Below, piece by piece: positions 56,360 through 64,000 of a DNA stretch of 64,000 bases. The first letter of the stretch is position 1. Each line of letters starts with the position of its first letter. Location of the stretch: positions 832,001 to 896,000 of the forward strand of contig OZ271854.1 of NCBI GenBank assembly GCA_965601925.1. Direction: 5' to 3'. Both the position numbers and the translations under genes were made by a program. Source of the stretch: Alkalispirochaeta sp. GTDB taxonomy: Bacteria; Spirochaetota; Spirochaetia; DSM-27196; Alkalispirochaetaceae. The notes under the pieces are model-generated. The model did not search any database and was not told the DNA's origin. It saw only the letters and a program-made list of their open reading frames with translations.

Positions 56360-56733
56360 TGGGCTCTCCTACCCATCGAGTCTTGATCGCCGAGGATGAG
56401 GCGTTGGTCGCCCTCGCCCTGGAAGACGAGCTTGTCAATGCGGGATACGAAACCGACATGGCCGCAACTGCAGAAGAGGTGGTGCGATCGGCACTATCCC
56501 GCAATCCCTCGCTCGTGATTATGGATGTTCATCTTGCCGGCAACACCGATGGGATAGAGGCCGCACACGCAATTCGCGCTCACAGCGACGTGCCGATCGT
56601 CTTCATATCCGGGTATCACGACTCCCGGGTGAAAAAACGCGCGGCGAAAGTTCGTCCCGTCGCGTTCCGCGTCAAGCCGGTGTCGATATCGGAGCTGCGA
56701 GAGATCGTCGAGGCGGTCATACCGGCGACATAG
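56356..56733 (+). CDS. single-domain response regulator
   Basis: IAEDE, IMDVHL..DGI, FISG, VKP. Confidence 0.93.
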   Translation: MMGSPTHRVLIAEDEALVALALEDELVNAGYETDMAATAEEVVRSALSRNPSLVIMDVHLAGNTDGIEAAHAIRAHSDVPIVFISGYHDSRVKKRAAKVRPVAFRVKPVSISELREIVEAVIPAT

Positions 56734-56833
56734 CGCCGCGCGGGAGGCGGGGAACAACCGAGACCATTCGCCGCACGTGCGGTGGGGCGGGGACGAATGG
56801 GGCCGATGTCCGCCTACGAGCGTGCGACCGATC

Positions 56834-57895
56834 CTATCGAACAGTGTCGATATCGCGAATGGGTTCGGCTGACGGCTTGGCAAAGAGATATCCCTGAGCA
56901 AGGTCGACGTTCGCGCGCCGCAGAAACGCCAGCTCCTCGGGCGTCTCGACACCCTCCGCCAAGACTTTGATCGAGTTCTGTCGCGCAATGTCCATGAGGG
57001 CGCGGAAGATCGACTGCTTCATCTCATCACGATCGATCCCGCGGATCAAATTCATGTCGATTTTGATAAAGTCGGGCTTGATGTCCGCCAGCATATTGAG
57101 CGAGCTATATCCGCTGCCGACATCGTCCAACGCCACGCGAAATCCCCGGTCGTGATAGTAGTTCAAAATGCCGATCAGATGACGAACATCGGTGATGCGC
57201 TCCGTCTCCACGACCTCAAACACGATTTTCCGAAAATCGAAGTCCAGCCGCTCCGCCCACTCCACGGTGCTTTTGAGGCAGTTCTCCGGATCGTAGATCG
57301 TCGACGGCAGGAAGTTGATAAATACGTTGACGTCGATACGCTTGACCGCGGCGGTCTTGAGGGCGGTCTCTCGCGCCAATCGATCGAGATTGAACGTGAG
57401 GTCCGCGCGCGTCGCCTGCTCCAACAGCACATTGGGCGGGATGAGCGTACCGTCCGAACGCACGCCGCGCAACAGACACTCGTGCGCGAACACCGCATGC
57501 GACTCGATCTCCACAATCGGCTGAAAATGGGTGGTGATCGATTTGGTTTTGAGAACCTCAATGAGATCGGTGGCGGCGGCGATATTGCACAATCGCTCCA
57601 GCGGCACGATGCGGCTGAAATGAGTTACATCGAGCTCTTCGTCGTCGGATAACACAACCGCGTTGATATCCTGTTTCTCGATGTCCGAAAGTTGGAGATC
57701 GCGACAGATCGTCATCAAAAGTCCCCGTACGTTTTCGGTAGCGACGGCAATATAGCCGGCCGGCTCATATCGGTACTGAATCCGCTCTACGATCTTCGAT
57801 CGAAAGACTTCTATTACGTCGCTATTACCGGACATAAAAAAAATCTTCCCCGGAACGTCGTAGTCGGACGGCACCGTTTCACACCTACACGCCAT
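56834..57895 (-). CDS. EAL-domain c-di-GMP phosphodiesterase
   Basis: FQPIV, HECLLR, FINF.P, FEVVE, ALDDVGSGYSSL, IKID, AEGVE, QGYLF. Confidence 0.93.
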   Translation of the reverse strand: MACRCETVPSDYDVPGKIFFMSGNSDVIEVFRSKIVERIQYRYEPAGYIAVATENVRGLLMTICRDLQLSDIEKQDINAVVLSDDEELDVTHFSRIVPLERLCNIAAATDLIEVLKTKSITTHFQPIVEIESHAVFAHECLLRGVRSDGTLIPPNVLLEQATRADLTFNLDRLARETALKTAAVKRIDVNVFINFLPSTIYDPENCLKSTVEWAERLDFDFRKIVFEVVETERITDVRHLIGILNYYHDRGFRVALDDVGSGYSSLNMLADIKPDFIKIDMNLIRGIDRDEMKQSIFRALMDIARQNSIKVLAEGVETPEELAFLRRANVDLAQGYLFAKPSAEPIRDIDTVR

Positions 57896-58005
57896 GTATC
57901 AATCATAAGAGGATACCCACGCCTGAGCAACACGGGTGCGGCACCGTCATACGAGCTTGCCCAACGAGTGTGCGCTCACTATTTTTTCGAAATGGAGGCA
58001 CAATA

Positions 58006-58587
58006 ATGGCAGCAACCCAGTCGACAATGCGGGAGCTCGGAACGCCCGCGCCGGACTTTTCCCTTCCGTCTGCCGACGGAACGACGGTATCGCGCAGCGA
58101 CTTTGCGGGCAAACCGCTGTTGATCGGATTCATCTGCAACCATTGTCCGTTTGTGAAGCATATCGCCGGCAAACTCGGAGAACTCGCGTCCGCCTACACG
58201 AAACGGGGCGTCGCGTTCGTCCTCATTAGCTCCAACGACATTGCGTCTTATCCGGAAGATGCACCGGAGAACATGCCGGCTTTCCTCGCCCAGTACGGTA
58301 TTGCCGCACCGTATCTCTACGATGAGAGTCAGGAGGTCGCAAAGGCGTACGAGGCGGCGTGCACACCCGACTTTTTTCTCTTCGATGCCGATCACAAGTT
58401 ACGGTATCGAGGACAGTTTGACGATGCTCGACCCGGCAACGCCGAGCCCGTTACCGGCGCGGACCTCGGCCGTGCGTTGGACGCAGTGTTGGCGCGGGAC
58501 AAACCCATCGAGCCGCAAAAGCCCAGCGTGGGCTGCAACATCAAGTGGAAGCGCGGAAACGAGCCGGCGTTCTCTACGATTCACTAA
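58006..58587 (+). CDS. thioredoxin-fold redoxin (AhpC/TSA-like)
   Basis: APDFSL, FICNHCPFV, SSND..YPED, ACTPDF, YRGQ.DD, SVGCNIKW. Confidence 0.93.
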   Translation: MAATQSTMRELGTPAPDFSLPSADGTTVSRSDFAGKPLLIGFICNHCPFVKHIAGKLGELASAYTKRGVAFVLISSNDIASYPEDAPENMPAFLAQYGIAAPYLYDESQEVAKAYEAACTPDFFLFDADHKLRYRGQFDDARPGNAEPVTGADLGRALDAVLARDKPIEPQKPSVGCNIKWKRGNEPAFSTIH

Positions 58588-58611
58588 CGCGGAAGGGGCG
58601 GGCGGCTGCGC

Positions 58612-61600
58612 TTAATGCGCAACCGCCTTTTTGTTTCGTCTCTTCTCCAACAAACGATACTTAATGCTCAACATCGCCGGCACGACGATAAGCGTGGTGA
58701 CCGTTGCAAAGGTCAATCCGTAGAGCATCGTCCACGCAAACGCCCTCCAATACTCACTGGACTCGCTACCGACGATAACGCGAAACTCATGGACGCTGAA
58801 GCTCACGCCGAGCGCCATCGGTACGAGGGCGAGCACCGTCGTGAGCGCCGTAAGAATGACCGGGCGCAACCGCGTCCGTCCGGCTTCTACCACCGCCTGC
58901 CGCCACGGCTCGCCCTCCCGCAGCAGCTTATGCGTGTAGTCCACCAAAACGATGCAGTTATTCACCGCGACGCCGGCGAGGGCGATCGTCCCGATGCCGG
59001 ACATGATGATGATGAAGTTTTGCTGCCCGAGAGCGAATCCCCACATGACGCCGCCGATACTCAGGAACACCGCGTACAGAATGATGAAGGGGTCGGCGAG
59101 GGAGTTGAACTGCGCGACCAGCACGATGAAGATCAAAAAGATCGCCACCAGAAACGCCTGTACGAGAAAGGTCGTCGACTCGTCGCGAACATCAAAGCCG
59201 GCGCCGGCGCCGATGGAGTACCCCAACGGCAGGGAAGCGCGCAACGCCTCGACCTCTTGCTCGATGGCCGCACTGATCTCGCTACGGTTCTCCGTATCGG
59301 GGTTGAAGTTGGCCCACACGTTGACCGCGCGATTGAAATTACGTCGCCGTATGACGCTCACGGTCGCTTGCGGCTCGAACGCCGCGACGGTACTGAGCGG
59401 AACGCGCGTCCCGTCGTAGGCGACGACATGAATGTTCCGCAGCATCTGGAGCGAATCGCGTGCGTCGTCACGGTAGCGAACGACAATATCGTACTCCTCC
59501 TCGTCGTATCGAAACGCACCGGCGGTAGATCCGGTGACAGCCGTACGAACGGTGCTCGCGATGTCGGCGGTGCTCAATCCGTAGTAAGCGGCACGTTGGC
59601 GATCGATGTTGACGGCGATCTCGGGCAGACTCGACTCGTAGTCGTTGTCGAGGGTACGGAAGGAGTCCTGATGCGGACGCAGTATCGCCATCAGTTCTGA
59701 GGTGATCTCGCCCATAATCGTGTAGTCGGCGCCGCGAACCTCGTACGAAACGTCGTCTCCCGCGGGCGGGCCGGAGTTACTCTCCTCGACGGTTACGATC
59801 GCTCCGGTTATTGCCTGGACCTGCTGTTGGAGCCGTCTGACCGCCGTGGCGCCGGGAATCTCTCGCTCGGCGTAGGGTGAAAACGTCACGTCGACCCGTC
59901 CACGATGGCTTCCGCCGCCCTGCCCCGTCACCGCTTCGAAACTATCCATCGACATCGGCACCAACGGAATCGATGCCTCTACCTGATTGACGATGACGTC
60001 GGTCCGCTCGAGCGGCGTTCCCTGAGGCGCCTCGACCTCGATGCGAGCCCGCTCGGGATCGAGACTGGGAAAAAAGAGCGTCTCTGCCGAGATGAGTCCA
60101 TAGGTTACAAAGCCGGCGAACACAACCGCCGTTACGGCCAAAACGGTCTTAAAGGCGTGTTTCGTCGCCCTTTCTAAAGTGCGGGTGTACCAGTCCTGAA
60201 TGCGGGTGAACGTGCCGCTTCCCTGCTCCATTTTGAGCCGTTGCTTCTCGGTAACCTTGAGATACTGAGCACAGAACGTAGGATTGATCACGATCGCCAC
60301 GAAGAGCGAAGAGGCCAACACCACGATTACCGTCCGCGGCAGATAGCTCATGAAGTCACCCATTATTCCCGGCATAAATATGATGGGGAAAAAGGCCAGG
60401 AGGGTGGTGAGCGTACTCGCGGCGATGGGGCCCGCTACCTCTTTGGAGCCGTCGATGGCGGCCTGCACGCGCGTCTTACCCAACGCCTGGTGCCGGTAGA
60501 TGTTCTCTACGATAACGATCCCGTTATCCACCAACATTCCGAGGGCGAGGATCAGACTGAACAGCACGATCATATTGAGGGTAATCCCCATGAGCTGCAG
60601 GATGAAAAACGACATCAGCATCGACAGAGGTATCGCCATCGAGACGAAGAGGCTGTTGCGAAATCCCAGAAAGAAGATCGTGACCAGGAGCACCAGAACG
60701 AAACCGGTCGCCATGTTGTTCTCCAGATCGGCGAGCATATCGCGAATGTAGCGACTCTCGTCGTAGGAGACGAACACTTCGGTGCCGACCGGGAGTTGGG
60801 GGGTCATCCGATCGATCGTTGCGCGCGTCTCCTCCACAAGATCGAGAATGTTGGCGCCCAACCGCTTCTTAATGCTCAACGTAATCGCGGGCGTTCCGTT
60901 CAGGCGCGAGAGTGTATCGTCGTCGGCGTTCTGAAATGCGACGTGGGCGATATCGCCCAAGGGCACCTGCACGTCTCCGCCGGAGACCATGATATCTCGG
61001 AAACGCCACTCTTCGGTAATCTCTCCGGTTACCGCCAGGGAGTAGTTCTTCTCGCGGTTCTCCAGCGATCCGCCGGGAATGGAGACGTGCTCTCGATCGA
61101 TCGCCGTCGTAACGTCCGATACGGACAGACCGTATGAGGCCATCCGAAAGGGGTCGAGCTCGATGGCAAGTTCCCGATCCGGCTTGCCCGACATTTCGAC
61201 CTCCAACACGCCGGAGACGCTCTCCAACTCATCGCGAAACACCTCGGCGGCCTCGTCGATGACCGCCACTCCGTTCGGATGAGAGAGGGTCACGACGAAT
61301 ATCGGCCAATCCGACACGCTAAACTCTTCGACGTGCGGTTCATCGGCGTCGTCGGGCAGATCGGCGAGATCGACGCGGTCCTTTGTCCGCCGCAGCGCCT
61401 CTTCTACCGTTACGTCCGAAGAAAACTCGACGAAAATCGAAGAGACGTTCTGCCGACTCTCACTGGTAAGCTCGGCGAGCCCTTCGACACCTTCCAACTC
61501 GTCCTCGATCGGTTCGGTGACGAGCGTTTCGATATCTGAGGCCGAAACACCCACGTAGGTGGTTGTGATGAAGATGTAGGGTTGCTTGATCTCAGGCGAC

Positions 61601-61701
61601 GACTCCCGGGGCAACGTAATATAGGCGATTACCCCGAGAATGACGATCAAAACGGCGAATGAGAAAACCGCCGTGTGTTTTTTGATAAAGAGACTTATCA
61701 T
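58612..61701 (-). CDS. RND efflux permease (AcrB/AcrD/AcrF family)
   Basis: 1029 aa; LGMLVDNGIVIVENI, GVAVNN.IVLVD, RLRPVILT. Confidence 0.96.
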   Translation of the reverse strand: MISLFIKKHTAVFSFAVLIVILGVIAYITLPRESSPEIKQPYIFITTTYVGVSASDIETLVTEPIEDELEGVEGLAELTSESRQNVSSIFVEFSSDVTVEEALRRTKDRVDLADLPDDADEPHVEEFSVSDWPIFVVTLSHPNGVAVIDEAAEVFRDELESVSGVLEVEMSGKPDRELAIELDPFRMASYGLSVSDVTTAIDREHVSIPGGSLENREKNYSLAVTGEITEEWRFRDIMVSGGDVQVPLGDIAHVAFQNADDDTLSRLNGTPAITLSIKKRLGANILDLVEETRATIDRMTPQLPVGTEVFVSYDESRYIRDMLADLENNMATGFVLVLLVTIFFLGFRNSLFVSMAIPLSMLMSFFILQLMGITLNMIVLFSLILALGMLVDNGIVIVENIYRHQALGKTRVQAAIDGSKEVAGPIAASTLTTLLAFFPIIFMPGIMGDFMSYLPRTVIVVLASSLFVAIVINPTFCAQYLKVTEKQRLKMEQGSGTFTRIQDWYTRTLERATKHAFKTVLAVTAVVFAGFVTYGLISAETLFFPSLDPERARIEVEAPQGTPLERTDVIVNQVEASIPLVPMSMDSFEAVTGQGGGSHRGRVDVTFSPYAEREIPGATAVRRLQQQVQAITGAIVTVEESNSGPPAGDDVSYEVRGADYTIMGEITSELMAILRPHQDSFRTLDNDYESSLPEIAVNIDRQRAAYYGLSTADIASTVRTAVTGSTAGAFRYDEEEYDIVVRYRDDARDSLQMLRNIHVVAYDGTRVPLSTVAAFEPQATVSVIRRRNFNRAVNVWANFNPDTENRSEISAAIEQEVEALRASLPLGYSIGAGAGFDVRDESTTFLVQAFLVAIFLIFIVLVAQFNSLADPFIILYAVFLSIGGVMWGFALGQQNFIIIMSGIGTIALAGVAVNNCIVLVDYTHKLLREGEPWRQAVVEAGRTRLRPVILTALTTVLALVPMALGVSFSVHEFRVIVGSESSEYWRAFAWTMLYGLTFATVTTLIVVPAMLSIKYRLLEKRRNKKAVAH

Positions 61702-61716
61702 ATGGCAGCACCTCGC

Positions 61717-62871
61717 CTACCCGACTATTTCGACCGGCATTCCGTCGGTAAGACGGTTGAACCCCTCGATTACCAGCTGTGTACCGGAATCGAGTCCGTC
61801 GAGGATGACCGTCTGCTCGATGCCGACCGCACCCGTGCGTACGGGAACTTCGCGAGCGGTCCCGTCGACCACGACCATGACGAAGGTTCCGTCGTTGCGT
61901 GTAACAACGACGCTCGAGGGGACGGCGACCACGTCGCGATAGCGGCGCAGAACCAAACGAACGCGCGCGGTCTGCCCCGAGACGATAAGCCCCTCGGAGT
62001 TTTCCACCTCGATATCGACCTCGTAGCTCAGCGTCCGATCGGATCGTCCGCGAGCGAAACTCGTCGGCGTGCCGAGAAACACCCTATTGGGAAAGGCGGC
62101 GAACGTTATCTCCGCCTCTTCCAGTTCGCGCACGCCGGCGATGTCGGCCTCAGGCACGCCGACCGATATCGTAATCCGGCTCAAATCGGCGACATCGAAG
62201 GTCGGATCGCCCTCTTCCAAATCCTGGTGCAGCTCAATGTGCCGATTCAACACCGTGCCGTTGATCGGGGTGATCGCAAACGCACCCTCACGCGTCTTGT
62301 CGGCGTCGAGGAGCGACGAGCGCGCCTGGAGCCACGCCAGATGCGCCTCATCTACCCTGAGCTGAAACGAGTTACCTTGCTGAAGAAAACGCTGTTCGCG
62401 TTCGTAAGTCTCACGGGTGATGCGCTCGTTGAGCACCGCCGTCTCGTACGTTGCGCGCGCCAGCTCGGGATCGACTTCGGCCAGCGATTCGCCCCGCGCG
62501 ACCTGGTCACCCTCTTCGGCCAGGAGTGCGGTCACTCGCCCGCCGGCATCGGCGGTAAGCCGCACCTCCGATACACCGCGCGCCTCGCCGACGTACTCGC
62601 CGTAATCGACGAAGTCGGTGAGCTCGGTCATCGCCACTCGTACCGGAATCCGACGCTCAGCCTCGGTTGTGCGCTCCGGGGGCGAACCGTCGGAGTCGAG
62701 CCCCTGCGCCTCGGCCGGATGACCGCACGACGTAACCACGAGAAAAACCGCGAATATCGCCGCGCCTACCACCAGGCCGACGAACCTCCTCAATGAGAAC
62801 CGGGAAGAGCGAAGCGTACCGTCGGCATTTCGCCCGGTGGCGCGCTCCCTCTTGTAATAAAAAAAATTCAT
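61717..62871 (-). CDS. RND periplasmic adaptor (MFP) lipoprotein
   Basis: LVVTS-C lipobox-like; GGRV...EEGDQV..G, TPING.V, VPSS.V, V.TG...GL..G; start uncertain. Confidence 0.9.
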   Translation of the reverse strand: MNFFYYKRERATGRNADGTLRSSRFSLRRFVGLVVGAAIFAVFLVVTSCGHPAEAQGLDSDGSPPERTTEAERRIPVRVAMTELTDFVDYGEYVGEARGVSEVRLTADAGGRVTALLAEEGDQVARGESLAEVDPELARATYETAVLNERITRETYEREQRFLQQGNSFQLRVDEAHLAWLQARSSLLDADKTREGAFAITPINGTVLNRHIELHQDLEEGDPTFDVADLSRITISVGVPEADIAGVRELEEAEITFAAFPNRVFLGTPTSFARGRSDRTLSYEVDIEVENSEGLIVSGQTARVRLVLRRYRDVVAVPSSVVVTRNDGTFVMVVVDGTAREVPVRTGAVGIEQTVILDGLDSGTQLVIEGFNRLTDGMPVEIVG

Positions 62872-63043
62872 ACAAAACACCCTTTTTGTTTTGTCATCCG
62901 TTGGTGACGTCGAAGTTCCACACTTCGACCCCTGGATCAAGCGTTCATTACGCCAAAGATATAATACTACAAAGGTGGTGAGAAAAAGAAGCTCATATGC
63001 AATATTGCTGGACGTATTACGTGGTCGAGGCTACGCTGTGTCC

Positions 63044-63775
63044 ATGCAGGAGGCGGGCGAAGGCGAACGCCGGTTCAGCGGTGCGTTGGCCGAGGAGTAC
63101 GAACTCATTACCCTCGCATACCCCGACTTCGAGTCGTTTCAACGCCGCATGATCGATGTGATCGGCCGCGAGGCACCCGACGCCGCGCATATCCTGGAAG
63201 TCGGCACGGGAAACGGGTTTACCACGCGTATGATCATGGAGATCCCGGCCCCTGAGGTCATATCGATCGACAATGATCCGCATATGGTTGCACAGGCCCG
63301 GTCTCACCTTTCCGACTACCATACGGGGTCGGACGGTGGGCGTTTGACGATAGAGGAGGCCGACGCGCTGGCGTTTTTGCACCGCCAGACAGACGGACGG
63401 TTCGACGTCGTCGTATCCGCCTTCACCCTCCACAACATGGAACACGAGTATCGTACGGATGTGGAGAAAGAGATCTTTCGCGTACTGGCACCCGGCGGCC
63501 TGTTCGTCAATGCGGATAAGTACGCTCCCGACGACGAAGAGCGGTTCGACGCCTTGATCCACCAAGTCGAGCGATTCTTCGACGCCTTTGCAGCGCGCGG
63601 TAAGCTCGACCTCCTGCGCCGGTGGGTCGTGCACAACATCGCAGACCAATCGCCGCGATACGTTATGCGTGCCTCGGAGTCGATCGGACGCTTGGGGGCG
63701 CTGGGATTCGATGCGATCCACATCGGTGAACGCGCCGACATGCAGGCAATCCTTCACGCCCGTAAGCCGAGGTAG
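63044..63775 (+). CDS. class I SAM-dependent methyltransferase
   Basis: LEVGTGNG, FD.VVS.FTLHN, LAPGGLFVNAD; ATG 63044 follows TGGACG-17-TACGCT-6. Confidence 0.9.
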   Translation: MQEAGEGERRFSGALAEEYELITLAYPDFESFQRRMIDVIGREAPDAAHILEVGTGNGFTTRMIMEIPAPEVISIDNDPHMVAQARSHLSDYHTGSDGGRLTIEEADALAFLHRQTDGRFDVVVSAFTLHNMEHEYRTDVEKEIFRVLAPGGLFVNADKYAPDDEERFDALIHQVERFFDAFAARGKLDLLRRWVVHNIADQSPRYVMRASESIGRLGALGFDAIHIGERADMQAILHARKPR

Positions 63776-63942
63776 GTGTGGATACGGGCGGAGCGAGTAC
63801 TCTGCGGCTGCGCGGTCTCGGCCGTCATTGACCCGCCGTAGAGGTGCCGTCTATACTTGCGACCACAAATCGAAAGGAAACGAAAGTGTCTCAGGTGCGG
63901 CACCACCGTTTTTTCGGGTCCGATAACTCCGGAGGGTCCATC

Positions 63943-64000
63943 GTGGAAGAGGTAATGAAATGGGGCGGTCCCGATGAGGATCTTACACCGAACCAGATTC
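63943..64000 (+). CDS. possible 5' end of a gene running off the window
   Basis: TTGACC-18-TATACT at 63828-63857; GGAGG then GTG 63943; open to the window end. Confidence 0.4.
   Translation, partial: MEEVMKWGGPDEDLTPNQI

Noticed and set aside
63835..63940. Glycine or lysine riboswitch (AGAGGTGC, TCTCAGG, ATAACTCCGGAG fragments)
   Set aside because: Core elements and their order do not fit either aptamer; the 5' part is better explained as a TTGACC-18-TATACT promoter.
1..64000. CRISPR array, tRNA or rRNA genes
   Set aside because: No regularly spaced repeats, cloverleaf/T-loop signatures or rRNA-like stretches were seen by eye.

Overview
GC-rich bacterial chromosome segment, probably Spirochaetota. 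This is inferred from the repeated A-x-G-x-x-E signal-peptide motif, the LYHRTKNN-type kinase and the MCP; it is not a taxonomic assignment. (1) 1-10.8 kb is an accessory island of short, acidic, compositionally mixed ORFs resembling orphan toxin-immunity genes (GAD-like/Tdi1, SUKH-like, DUF1871-like). It includes decayed copies and a probable toxin-tip remnant, and ends at a decayed IS481-family element. (2) 10.8-31 kb holds metabolic and regulatory genes: a four-subunit 2-oxoacid:ferredoxin oxidoreductase, SnoaL/SDR/F420-reductase genes, a complete sigma-54 module with promoter and enhancer repeats, a pecS/pecM pair and a cNMP-STAS-cNMP-STAS protein. (3) 31.3-48.5 kb is the best candidate for an uncharacterised system: a YnjBCD-type ABC transporter, YnjF-type CDP-alcohol transferase, exported rhodanese, GltD/4Fe-4S/CCG oxidoreductase, OsmC-hydrolase fusion, DUF547, a DedA/VTT protein and a MerA-like flavoprotein lacking the MerA cysteine pair. 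(4) 48.5-64 kb has an MCP, a TPP riboswitch with a ThiY-like protein, arsC, pstCAB, a two-component pair, an EAL protein, a redoxin, an RND pump and a methyltransferase. No rRNA, tRNA or CRISPR array was seen. All family calls come from motif recognition by eye; no searches were run.
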